Below, piece after piece: positions 39,625-52,233 of a stretch of DNA of 64,000 nucleotides (position 1 is its first letter; the number at the start of each line of letters is the position of its first letter). Under the pieces are notes generated by a model that was not told the origin of the DNA, searched no databases, and saw only the letters and a program-made list of their open reading frames with translations. Made by a program: the position numbers and the translations under genes. The DNA comes from Fimbriosthenelais zetlandica (taxonomy: Eukaryota), in NCBI GenBank assembly GCA_977030845.1, contig OZ365118.1, forward strand, positions 18,414,001 to 18,478,000, read 5' to 3'.

Positions 39625-41593
39625 ATGGCAGGAGAGAATAGTGAGAAACACAGTCTAGATGAGTTGGACATTGATTGGGGGGGACGAGAACTGACTTTTA
39701 GTGACCTTCGGTTAACAAACCACGCTCTACCTCTCCTCGTGCGACTCACAGAAGGCTACGCCAGCGTCCTGGATGACCAAACCTTCAGCAGCGACCAGGT
39801 AATTACTTTATAATTATTATTAAGAGCATAATGCACTGAACCTTGAACATTCATGTGTTTTCTAATAAACGGGGATTGTATTAAAGGTTGTTTAAGTACG
39901 AAGCAACTACCTATTGCGATAGGGTACTGCGATTAGGAAGTGACCTTTTTAATCTGAATGTAATAAGAATGATGTAACTGGTTGTTGAGTTTGCTCTTTT
40001 GTTTATTTCAGATATTGATGCTCCATGAACAAGGACTACAGGAGAGAGTTCTGGCCAGGAAGAGGGGTGGTCAGTCACTTAGCGTTCCTCTGGACATTGG
40101 CCATCCACTGAAGGTCGCCCTTCCTTCTCCAGAAAGCGAGGAACCCAAAATAGGTACACGACAATTATGAACTATATGATACTTGGCAGTATGGCACCAT
40201 CAATTTTAAATATGATATGATATATTGACATTAATTCACGTTTTTCATTTTTAGAAATTCACAACTTGAGGAAAGCTTTGGACAGGTTTGGGTTACCCCT
40301 CCTTGGACGATTCACCACTGATCAAATGACCAAGTATTATGTTAACGATAAGCCTCATAACACAGTCGACCTTCGGTGGATTCGTTTTGTTTCTCTGCAT
40401 TATCTTGAATATATCACAGCCAGCAGTATCACTAATGGTAATAATAAGTTTGATATTTTCAAAATTATATTTCATTTTCATGTAACATATCTGTAAGGGT
40501 TAAAACAAAACCTGTTTTTTCTTCTCCGAGTAGGTTCCATGGACGCGGGTCAGCTCTGTTTTCTGCCTACATCGAGGAGAATTAAATTTAACATTGCAAG
40601 CACCTCTGGTGGACAAAACCTCAAACCGTTACTCAGAGAATGGACAGAGACAAAGAGGCATCTCCACACCTCACAATCCCTACTAAACTCATGTGAGTTA
40701 CATAATGTTGATTATACTAATGAATTAGGTGAATTTTATTAGGTGTGATATGTTCAATAGTGGCGACTACAGCAATAGACATCATACTGATCTAGTTTTG
40801 ACACCAGATGTCAGCAGTAGTCCTTTGAACTATATGGACTAAGTACCATGTATTTATAGTGGAGATGGCGAATTGATATTAATGATCTTTTAGGAAATCT
40901 TTGTAGATATAGAATGCTGAATCTGACTATTCTTTTGCAGTGGGAATCAATGGATATTTGGAAATTGCATCTACAGGGACGGACAGGTACAGTGTAATGA
41001 TGGCTGAGATGGCTTTATCAACTCAATTGTCTTCAAAAATGAGTTTGACAGATAAAAAAATAATCACTGGAAAGGGTTTGAGTAAACCTGTCACCAGTAC
41101 GTTCCCGGAAGGCAAAAAACCTCCAAGAAAAATGGAAAAGGAGAAGACATCGTCAGAATATATGAACATGGACGCTGTGACACAGAGAGATAAAAAAATA
41201 ATCACTGGGAAAGGCATGGGTAAAGCTGTCACCAGTACGTTCCCAGAAGGCAAAAAACCTCCAAGAAAAATGGAAAAGGAGAAGACATCGTCAGAATATA
41301 TGAACATGGAAGTTGTGACACAGAGATATAAAAAAATAATCACTGGGAAAGGCATGAGTACAGCTGTCACCAGTACGTTTCCAGAAGGCAAAAAACCTCC
41401 AAGAAAAATGGAAAAGGAGAAGACATCGTCAGAATATATGAACATGGAGGCTGTGACACAGACACTGGACACTATGCCTGGAAACATGACTCCAGCAACA
41501 GAAGCAGAGCGTCTGTCAAAAGTCATCGGTGCTGCTAAACTGCCAGACGATGACGGTTACGTGGGTGCTGAACACATTCTGAAGTTCTTGTAA
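39625..41593 (+). CDS. CABIT-domain (THEMIS/GAREM-like) adaptor protein, 436 aa, 5 exons
   Basis: join(39625-39798, 40012-40153, 40255-40437, 40534-40692, 40941-41593); 1311 nt in frame. N-terminus W..ELTF..L..LPLLVRLTEGY..FSSDQILMLH..RVLA..LSVPL follows the CABIT pattern. Disordered C-terminal tail with Tyr motifs. AATAAA near 41643. Confidence 0.8.
41051..41461 (+). repeat. Coding tandem repeat, 3 x 138 bp (46 aa), in the CABIT gene's last exon
   Basis: Units start at 41051, 41189 and 41327. Each encodes (D/Y)KKIITGKG..VTSTFPEGKKPPRKMEKEKTSSEYMNM..VTQ. Confidence 0.97.
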
Positions 41594-42097
41594 AACAAGG
41601 AACAATGACAGAGGAAAGGAATCATAGACGTCTTTATGCACAAATAAAATGAAACATGCAGAAGCTAACATCAAGAATGATGACATCTAAGCTGATAAGA
41701 ATATAGGCTATCACATCCGGACAAAAAGGCTACAAGAGACCAGAAGAGGCCTTCGTCCAAAGGCTATGCTACTTTCAACTATTGACAAAGTTGATAATAC
41801 ATCATGACAGAAAATCGATAAGTATTTGTGATTTATTCTATTACAGTAATTCAGGTTTTGATCTTTCAGAAGATACTCAGTTATAAACCCAATATTTGAG
41901 GTAGAAACATTTGTCTGAGATAGTGAATTGAGGAATATCATCTGTGCCTTACAGATGATTTGTTCATTTTCACAGTCGACATACCAACTACTTTATTACA
42001 TTCACCGGTTGTTCTTGACGTTTATCTGAAGTGTTCGTTATCAGTTGACTTGATGTTATTAATACCCATGATGGTGTGGACCTTGGAGCGTTTAGTG

Positions 42098-45062
42098 TTA
42101 CTGTCGTCGTGTTAGTTTAACCTTGATTCCGTCCTGAGGTCGCAGGATGACTGCTAACATTGGTTTGAGATCAGCTCGTTTCTGTGTTGATTCAATGTTG
42201 AATTTCCTCAGGATGGAAGAGAGTATCACTTTCTCTTCATTCATAGCAAATTTCTGACCTGTGAATTTAAAAATATATACCTTATGAAATTGTGAAAGAT
42301 TCCAGTCACTTGGATGTGTACTTTACTTCTAATTTTAATGGGAATCTTAGAATGAATACTTTCAATAGTCTATAGTATTGGCAATCAGTAGACCTTTTAG
42401 TCACTCACCAATGCAGTTCCTGGGTCCTGCAGAAAAAGGAATGAAAGCAAACGCATGTCGCTTGGAAGATTCATCCTTGGTGAAGCGATCAGGGTTGAAC
42501 TTGTCAGGTTCGGGGTAGATGTCTGGGTTCCTGTGCAGGGCTGCTACTAACGTACTCACTGTGGTTCCCTTGGGGATCATGTATCCCTCTATAGAACATA
42601 GTAAAGTTATAAATACTTTATTGTAACCACACCTTGAGAATGAAATCATTGGAAAAATAATTCTGCAATTATTGATGCATTAATTGTTTGAACCAGATGG
42701 TCACCCATACTATTGCACCCATACTGCACATACCTATCTCCGTGTCCATCTCAAGCTCTCTCCCAAAGAAAGGCACTGATGGGTACAGTCTCAGAGTCTC
42801 CTTAATGACACATTCAAGATACTTTAACTCTCTGATATCAGCCATGGTGGCCGCCCGATCAGAGTCTCCAAACACTCTGTCCACTTCCTCATGAAGTTTC
42901 TTCTGAACTTCAGGCTCACTGCCAATCAGGTGGACTGCCCAGTTCATGGCTGCAGCTGTTGTATCATGCCCCTGTTAAAGAGAACACTTTAAATTGATCT
43001 GTGGAGATGTATTGTATACTCATTGTGGATATTGAGTAGCATCTTTACCTCAAACATGAATGTGTCCACTTCTTCCTGAATGTCACTATGTGTGAGCCCC
43101 TGATCCTTGGCCATAGACAGCAGCAGATCAAGGAAGGCAAGTCGACGGCCTTTGGTTTGTTTCTCAAAAGTCTCATCATCAGAATCAAAGTTAATCTCAA
43201 GCCCTCCAGAGGCTTTAAGTTCATTTTCACGTTCTTCAATTACCTGAAGTAGAAATATGAGGAAGGTTAGTGAGAGGAAAGTCATCTGGAATGAGTGTGT
43301 TTATAATATGGTGCCATTATGTCAGTTGGCCATTGAAATTTCCACCAACTTTTCTTGTGAAGCCATGTAGAATCTCCAGGCAGTGATCGTGCTCCTTGCC
43401 ATCTGGGAATAACTTGAACAGAATGTCAGGCTGAAGCCATGGTGTGCGCAGTCGCTTCATGATGATGTCACTAATCCTAAAGGAGAGTGAAAAGACTTCC
43501 TTCACTCTAACATCATTATATTCTAGTCCTTCAATTATAACCAGGGGGGCATTTATGATAAAGGAGATGAATTACACTAATGCAGTGACAGGAATTCGTG
43601 GATGAAGATTTGAATGCACCCTCTTCATTCAATATTTCTAACGCACCAAATTTCTATTATATCACACAAATAGCATTGCAGGAAGTATGACACTCTGGCC
43701 ATTGTAAAACAACCCTTTAGTCTATGGTTATACAATGGCCTTATTGTTCTATACTGATCTGCATAGTTCATTTATTGATCTTCATAGTTCATATTATCAG
43801 ACAGGGCATGACTTACTTGTAGACAGTTTGAATATACTCAGACTCGCCGTCTGACAGCTGAGCATTGACACTCCTTCCCATGGCGGTTTCTGTAAAACAA
43901 AGTCACTATTAAGGTTCTTAACTCTGATTGTCATGAATTATCAAACACTAATATATTGAACATGTTCTGATCTGTCAGTAAAGTTGAAATTACCACAGAT
44001 GATGTCGAGGGCACAGAGAGTGATGTAAGGGAAGGTGTCAAGTTCGCCGCTGTCACAAGCTTTGTCCAGCCTTGACATCATGACAGCAGTCTGTTCATTG
44101 AATACTGTCATGAAGTCATTCAGAATCCTGAAGTGAAATGTTGGTGTCAACATCTTCCTTCTTCCCTTCCATTTCTGGTTTGTGCTGTAATAACAAAATA
44201 AGCATTGATAGAAATGTAACACAACCAAGGCATGAGACATAAGGTAGTACATGAGATGGTACATGAAATGGTACATATCTTATTGTTTTTCTTGATGATG
44301 TTTATTGGTTTAATGTGGTGAATAGACCAAATAAAGAAAATTGGAGAAAGATGGAGATGAGGTGATAGTTGATGAGGACTGGGGAATGGATATTAACAAT
44401 GTTTACCTTGTTAGTAGTCCCAGCTTGAGCCAGGGTTGAATATAACGGTACTCTTCAGCTTTAGTTAGGTTCTTCATAGAGCTGAGAATAATCTAAACAA
44501 GAAAGATCATTATCTCAAGCAAATTGTGAAACTTTTTTTTATACTTTGATATATAAATGAACTCTTTATGAACTCTAAAAGAAAGATTATGAACAATTAA
44601 GTCTCGAACCTCAGATCCTTTAGGACCGGATATGAAGACCGCTGGACGTGGTCCAAGGTTGACTCTAAAGATGGAGCCATACTGAGCCGCAAACTGCATA
44701 ACCTGCCTGTATAACACTGTAAGGATATTTAGAGGTTTTATGTACATCACTACTTGAAAGACAAACATCTACATCCTACTCATTATTCTTAATACAAATT
44801 CATATAATACATTACTACCATATATCTGAATTATATTTTTGTCCATATTGTAATAATAGTTCAGAGATATTGAAATCACAGAGGAGAGACTTGCCAACCT
44901 ACCATGTGCATCTGTGGATAACTCGAGGGCATTTCCAAGGATAGGTAGAGGTTTAGGGCCAGGTATATGAGCTAAATCCCTCCTGTCTTTGTCCAGTGAG
45001 AACAGCCAGTAGATGAGGGAAAGAACGATGGCAAGGAGGGCAATAAAGACTCCAGAAATCAT
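42098..45062 (-). CDS. Cytochrome P450, CYP4 family (CYP4V-like), 505 aa, 10 exons
   Basis: complement(join(44903-45062, 44610-44716, 44407-44492, 43994-44184, 43817-43889, 43350-43476, 43049-43243, 42734-42971, 42409-42588, 42098-42258)); 1518 nt in frame. N-terminal anchor and [18 protein letters not shown]-helix [22 protein letters not shown], heme loop [10 protein letters not shown]. Confidence 0.96.
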
Positions 45063-46064
45063 GATGATGTAGTGGTGTTATCCCGTCATGTGTAGACTGT
45101 GTTAGGCTTGGTTGTGTGGTACTAGCCGGGCTGCCCTACTCTCACTGTGTGCTACAACCCTAGATAAGCTGGCCTAGTCTCAGGACTGCGTGCCACAGCC
45201 CCAGATGTGTTAAGATTCATGGATATCAAGTCCTACAGTATGGACCAAAAATATTTGTACACTTTCAAAAAAATTCATTTTATTAAATCAGAATAAGGTA
45301 ACACCTTTTACTGACTGTTTTAACATCTTACTGGTAACTTCTCATACACAATCAGACCCATTTATAAATTAATACGACTTTATTGCGTATTATTTTAATT
45401 AAAGAAATCACTCCCCCAAAATATTATATTATCCAAGATGTTGAAATAAGTTTCAAAGATACTGTACAGAGAGAACCTTATACTGGACTATGTCATTGTG
45501 AACTTTCCGAACTTTCCACTGCTTGAATATTCGTTTAAAGATTAGAGTCTACTCGTTAAAGATTACTTTAGAGGTTTAAAGGTTAGGCCCTACCCAATGA
45601 AAAGCTCCTGCCAACTAACTGTTCCTTTCAGTAGGCAATATACAACATTAAACAAACATTGGGTAGCTTTATTACTTCAACTCAAATGTTGAAATGGTTG
45701 ATTTAAAAAAATACTCTCTAAAATTGGTAGCAAAGTAGCTTTGGCCTCCCTTTAAAAATGTTACTATGGTTTCCCTGTGAAAGGCCTCGTTTACATCAGT
45801 GTCTATGACATGTTTACATTGAGAGTCTGCTAGGTTTACGTTGTACTCCTTCCTGACAGGGCTAATGGACGTTTGTTAACACACTATGAACGGTCCTTAT
45901 CACAAGCATGTAATATATGGCCTGGGTGGGAACCGGGTACTCGCCATTCAGCGCTTAAACTGTTGGAATATTTGTGAAGAATCCTCCTTGTTATCCTCAA
46001 GGTTAATCAATGACTTATATTTGATGTTTGACATGTTAGAATGAGAATAGAGTCGGTTGAAATG

Positions 46065-46141
46065 TGAGAGAGAAGAGTGAGGAAGAGAGACAAGAGAGAG
46101 CAGCGAGGGAGGGAGAAGAGTGAGGGAGAGAGAGAGAGAGA
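46065..46141. repeat. Imperfect (AG)n microsatellite
   Basis: gagagagaagagtgagg...gagagagagagag. Confidence 0.85.
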
Positions 46142-46957
46142 ATGGGAGCGTGACGACTATGATGTATATACCCTACTTGTCACCTGACTGCTTTAAATTA
46201 CAACAGAGATAGAATGGCATCATTCTACGTGACTTCTGGTGCACGTAGAATCTAGTCCCCCACTTTAAAACTTACTTACCGTAATCTATAACAACCTTCA
46301 TATTTATAATGAGTGAACCTAGGAACCTGGTTCCTCCCACCTCCAACCCTCCTTGGTCCTTCCCACGGCCTCCTTCCTCCACCCCCTATCTCTGTTACCT
46401 TTCTGTGGCCTCCTCCCCACCCCACCTCGTCACTGGAACCACTTTTCGCCTCAGATTTGCATGATTTACCGCCTGGTTTTACAGTGAGAGCCATGAGTCG
46501 TGATGAAGATTTTAATTTACACGTAATTCAAGTTTAGAAGCGTGAGTCAGAGAGAGACAGAGAGTGTCTTTTGTTCAGATCATCTACAATAGGATTGCTC
46601 TTTTAGTGGGAAGCCTAGGTGTGTGTACCCTTATAATAGCTGTCCATATAGGTGCACTGTTTAGATGTGTGTTACCTTAAATTCACCTGCTCGAGGGGTT
46701 GATTGTCATCTGGATGAGACGTGAAGCTTGACAGGTGAGTTTTCTACTGTCAATTACAGCGTTGATCCTAATGTCTTAATCTCATATGTCTGCCTCTCTA
46801 GAAGGGAACTTATGTTTGCTGTAGGATATTTCTTTATGCTGTAGGATATTCACTTTATTCCTTTGATATTAAGTGTTTGTAAAATATCAATGGTGACTAT
46901 TCCATGCCTCATAGGTCCTCATAGGTTTGACAGTAAACTTGGTACATTTCAGATTTA

Positions 46958-49126
46958 ATGTCAACAATGGCGGATAAAGCCGATCCCCGTGGCTCTGTGT
47001 CTCCATACATGGATATCTATGAGTGGTCAAATAACCAGGTGCAGCCCCCTTCAGCCCCCGTGCCACCGATTGGTCGTCCCCTTTACCCTAGCCCTCCCTC
47101 ACACCTCCCTCAGCCCTCTGATGAGGAGGATATGTATGTAGAACCCTCTCCAGCCCCTGAGCCAGCTAATGGTCGACCCCTTTACCCTGCCCCTTCAGCC
47201 CCCGTGGCACCTATTGATCGTCCTCTCTACCCTACCCCTCCCTCACACCTCCCTCAGTCCTCTGATGATGATGGCGAGTACATGTATGCATATGCAAACA
47301 TGAGCCACCTCGCGCAAAAACCCCAAACTGATGAGAAGCAAGAGACAGAAGGGTATGAGATTCTTGGAGATCGTGAAGCGCATAAAGCTGAGGGGGATAA
47401 CAAGCAGTCTGGGTATGAATATGTCAGTATTAGAGGAGTATCTGATGATATAGCTGGTCACGGGGTAACTGATATAGCTGCTGACGAGTATACCTACATA
47501 GACGGACAGGTGAGAGCTGGAAGTACAGTCACATCACCTGAACCTACTGATAATAATCACATTAACGGACACTCTCTTAATGTGGACAATACAAAGTCTG
47601 CCCCTCAAACTGGAGGAGAGGGGACAGGGAGTGTGGACCCAGGGAAGAGCTGTGCTGGGAAGAGCTGTGGTGGGAAGAGCTGTGGTGGGAAGGGATGTTC
47701 TCCCCCGGGTAGGCCTACCTGCTGGACTATAATCACCCTCTCAGCCCTTCTTGTCATCGGGGGTATTATCACTGCTTCAGTTCTCCTCACACAGCCACCT
47801 TCCTCTATGAAGGGAGAACGCTTGTCTACCATGGAACCTTTAAACCGACCATCGTACAGCGGAGAAAGTGCATCAACCGTGGAGCCATTAAACCGACCAT
47901 CCTACAGTAAAGGTGAGTTTATCACACTTATTTCTTGTCTTTCTGTTCTATATTTATAGTTTGAGCATTAATCATAATATACCAGATATGTAAAACTAAG
48001 TAAGAACCATTTCAGAGCTATATTGTGAGTCTACTGCATTATTGCCATATACAGAGAGTTTAGTTTGGTTGTGACTTGTAAGGTGTGAATGTTAATCAGT
48101 TATATTATATGTCCATGTACAGGGAGACTGCTCCTGCGGCTAGAGGTGCCACCATCGTCTATACGGCCCGCTGTACACGCTGTAGACGACCTCTGTTGGT
48201 TTAATAAGGAAACATTGATCATGGTTAGAGCTGCTAAGAAGCAAGTCCTGGCGTCTACCATTCACCATGACAAACTTCACAACCTTGACAAATATCCCAA
48301 CCTTAAAAGCCCTGAAAACGCTGACAACCCTGAAAACCCTTACGGCTCTGAAACCCCTTACAACCCTGAAACCCCTTACGGCTCTGAAACCCCTTACAAC
48401 CCTGAAACCCCTTACGGCTCTGATACTCCTGATAACATTGAGGACCCAGACAAACCTGAAAACCCTGGTAACCAGAACGTGACCACGGTAACGTTAGATT
48501 CGGGCTATGAGGCCTGGAGAGTGAGCTGCCGGAGAGACCATGAGATCTACGTGGTCGATCGTACTTCACAACAGATCCTAATATACAGACAGGGAAATAA
48601 AACATCATGGAAACCAAACCAAATGAGGCTCCTGGACACAATCGCTGTTAATGATAACAGAATCGTTGTAGGTGAAGCTACAGGCTACATTTATATATTC
48701 AAAATCAACCGAGATTTTGTGAGGAAAGTTAAATTACAGAATCAACAGTTACTGTCCTATACCAGTCTCACCCAGGACGACCTCTTCCTGGCCAGTACCG
48801 GGGTCAAAGGTCACCGCCTGATCATCTTCCAGCGGGGGGAGTTACAGGTGGTGGTGGGTGGGGAGGGCAGGGGGGAAGGTCAGCTTCTCAACCCTACAGG
48901 AGTAGCCGGGATCCGTAAAGGGGATATCCTAGTGGCGAGTAGGAACACTCACCGGATCAGTGTTTTCTCCAGGGCGGGTGAGTTTAGATGGTATTTAGTC
49001 CTGGAGGATGACCAGGTCTCTCCCCTACAGAACCCCCGACCCATCTCCGTCTACGATGGTCGGCGGGCCAAACTGCTCGCAGTAGCTCAGAGGAATATTG
49101 TGAGAATATATCTCCTGCTACCCTGA
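46958..49126 (+). CDS. Type II single-pass membrane protein: Tyr/Pro-rich N-terminal tail, TM, C-terminal NHL/6-bladed beta-propeller-like domain, 652 aa
   Basis: join(46958-47912, 48123-49126); phase-1 GT-AG intron; 1959 nt. A 5'-UTR intron is likely (donor near 46735, acceptor 46952). No signal peptide. TM WTIITLSALLVIGGIITASVLL. C-terminus has NHL-like blades (IYVVDRTSQQILIY, GGEGRGEGQLLNPTGVAGIRKGDILVASRNTHRISVFSRAGEF, PRPISV). Confidence 0.82.
48305..48470 (+). repeat. Coding minisatellite (PE(N/T)PYGSETPYN units) within the propeller exon
   Basis: Repeated aaccccttacggctctg / aaccccttacaaccctg units. Confidence 0.9.
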
Positions 49127-49584
49127 TACTTCCTGCCTGTGTACTGACTACTCATGCCTGACCAAGCTCTCATATACAACGCCATGAGAGATTGAAGGCA
49201 CCAGTGAACGTGTGAGGCAGCCATCCCACTGTAGGAGATACGCTTCACCCTAAAACATAATGATTGCTTTATGAGAAAGAAGTTATTTTTATGATGGTCC
49301 AGGAGGTGGAGCCTGGCAGGACCAGGCAGTGCCATCTCGTACCATCTTTTGTATTTGGGTGCCTTATAGTGAAGGTGCAGTGAGAATTAGTGCATGTCTG
49401 AGGCTTGGATTAAGACATAGAACGATGGGCTTCACATCACGACTTCCAACATGTATATTAACAGCTATAACAGACTGTCTCAAGTCTCTCACGCTCTCAT
49501 CCATGACCACAATTATATCACCACTAAAAGACATTACCCCGACAACTACTCTATATTTATACTTCCGTCTTTGTCCAAGCTCTT

Positions 49585-49790
49585 ACCATTCATTCCTCCA
49601 TTTCCCATCCATCCATACATCCATATATATCCGCCATTCCTCCACCTTCCAACCCTCCATCCACTCATCCATCCCCCCATCCTTCCCTCCCTTCCATCCC
49701 TCCCTCCCTCCATCCCCCCATCCTTCCACCCATCCTCCCTCCCTTCCATCCCTCCGTCCATCCCTCTACCCCCCACCCCATCCATCCAGT
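49585..49790. repeat. (CCAT/CCCT)n low-complexity tract
   Basis: ccatccatac..ccttccctcccttccatccctcc.. The overlapping ORFs are low-complexity artefacts. Confidence 0.9.
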
Positions 49791-50543
49791 TAATAATGAC
49801 ATAACATTTCCCGCTCGACTCGTGACTTTTATAGAACTGTGACTGAGTATAATTAGAGGGAAGATAATTGAGGTGTAATAAGCAGTGGGGACTTTCCAGT
49901 CTCTCTAGCGGAACACTAGCTGTCTTCATCCCATCCTCTGATTATTTTACGGCCATCGTCTCACCAACAACCACGGACATCCACCCTCGCCTTCATCTAA
50001 TGTGAGTAGAAAATTATACTAAAATTTTATTAATGATGAAGTTACCTTGCGTGAACTGTGTATTCATGTGTGAATATTATACTATTTTGTTTTACAATTT
50101 TTACAATTTTTCATTGTTAGATAATGTGACTTTAAATTAAAGAGCATCTATGGAAAGAACGCAGCCTTAAAGGGAAAATGAGAAAATAGTATTTCTCGTC
50201 ACATTAATTAAAATGTGCAAAAGAAACTTTTGTCTAAGAACCAACACACAATTCATTGAAAAAAAATCACTTGCGCAGACTGAGGATCTCAGAATGACAA
50301 AACACTTTTCAGTACAAGGAAGTTAATTGATATTAAAAATAGCCTGGATCTCACTCCGCCACACTAAAGTTGGGGGCGATGTAAGCACATCAATAAACTC
50401 ATGATTTAATGAGGCAGAGGAGAACGTTTAGTTTATTTTTTATCACGTATATATGTGAATCTCTGTGTTGCCTCATGTCGTTGTATGTTGAAGCCCTCCA
50501 TGAAGTTTAAGTAACGTCTAGTTGTTATGTTTTCAGACTCACC

Positions 50544-52233
50544 ATGTCGTATGTAAACGTGGATGGTCAGACGTCGGAGTCGGGATACGTCAGTAGTGAC
50601 GTCAGCACGATCAGTAGCGTCTCATCTCTCTACGCTGAAGTATATGAGAACATACCCTCAAAACGTCACCACTCCAAGTACAACCACCCTCTAACACAAA
50701 ACCTCCCGCCAAGTAGCAAGGTGTCCGTGGATACCGACCCTCCACTTCCATTGAACCTCCCGTCAGGCAGGAAGCCATATGTGGATATATATGTGGATAC
50801 CGATCCACCTCTACCACTGAACCTCCCGTCAGGCAGGAAGCCATCCGTCAATAACCACTACAGCTCTGTGTCTTCTAACAACAGTTCTCTTTACACTCTG
50901 CCCAAGTTTAAACTCATCAACGAAAAATCAAACATAAATGAGATAGACGACTACGAAACTCCCAAACTGTCTGCTGGTACACAGACAATTATAGAGGAGG
51001 AGATGGATGAGACACAGGATAAAACACAGCACCATGTGGTGGCCGCCCGGAACCTGAATAACACGAGAGACGTGAGAGATGCGGTACCAAGACAAAAAGA
51101 TGAGAGGGCGAGGAAGAAAGATGTGGAGCTGCGAGACGTGAGAGATGTGGTACCAAGACAAAAACATGAGAGGGAGAGGAAGAAAGATGTGGAAATGAAA
51201 GAAGTGAGAGGTGCGGAACCAAGGCAAAAACGTGAAAGGGAAGTGAGGGATGCGGTACCTAGGCAAACAGGTGAGAGGGCGAGGAAGAAAGATGTGGAGA
51301 TGAAAGAAGTGAGAGGTGTGGAATCAAGGCCAAAACGTGAGAGGGACGAGAGGGATGCGGTACCAAGGCAAATATCACATGACAGGGATGTGATACCAAG
51401 GACAGAACGTGACAGGCATGACATACCTAGACAAATATCACATGAGCGGGAGGCGATACCAACGCCAGAACGTGAAAGGGAAGTGAGGGGTGCGGTACCA
51501 AGACAGATATCACATGACAGGGAAGTGAGAGATGCGGTACCAAGACAAATATCACATGAGAGAGAGGCGATACCAACGCCAGAACGTGAAAGGGAAGTGA
51601 GGGGTGCGGTACCAAAACAAATATCACATGACAGGGAAGTGAGAGATGCGATACCAAGGCAAATATCACAAGAGAGGGATGCGATACCCAGGCAAATATC
51701 ACACGAGAGGGACATGTGGGATGCGGTACCAAGGCCAGCACGTGAGAGGGTGAGGGAGGTGGATGTGGAGATAGAGAGGGTAGGGGGTAAGGGATGGAGA
51801 TTCTGCTTCAACCCGCCACCCTTCTGCTGGATTCTCATCATTCTCCTAGCTCTGGCCATCAGTGCTGGCATCTCTGTGGGCGTCTACATGGTTCTCACTG
51901 CTCCAGGTATATTATCCTTATATTATATAGCTACCCACATAAATGTTAATTTACTGATATAAATTAACCAAAAGATTATTCAAACCAAAAGATTTATTCA
52001 AACCAAAAGATTATTTGGATAATTTCTTTCACTTTATTCCAGGTGATGATCCGGCAACAGTTACACCTACAATAACTCTTAAAACAACAACCTACACAAC
52101 AACAACTTCCAAACCATCAGACACATCATCACCCTACACTCCATCAACTTCATCCACTACCCTCAGGATATCAAAGGTGCTGCCACCTACCACCATATCC
52201 CTACCCGAACATATATCCCATGTCTATTATTAA
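50544..52233 (+). CDS. Type II single-pass membrane protein: long Tyr-motif and repeat-rich tail, TM, short Thr/Ser/Pro mucin-like ectodomain, about 517 aa
   Basis: join(50544-51906, 52043-52233); phase-1 intron; 1554 nt. Upstream acceptor at 50536 and a donor at 50002 suggest a 5'-UTR exon. TM CWILIILLALAISAGISVGVYMVL. The 3' end is uncertain and further splicing is not excluded. Confidence 0.75.
51060..51760 (+). repeat. Degenerate coding repeat array (REVRDAVPRQISHD / REAIPTPERE units)
   Basis: Recurrent gatgcggtaccaagacaaatatcacatga-type units. Six RQIS and one KQIS motifs. Confidence 0.9.

Noticed and set aside
41023-41526. 167-aa minus-strand hydrophobic repeat ORF
   Set aside because: Antisense mirror of the 138-bp coding repeat.
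50611-51871. Long minus-strand ORFs (up to 306 aa; Cys/Leu/Ser-rich)
   Set aside because: Antisense mirrors of the repeat-rich plus-strand exon.
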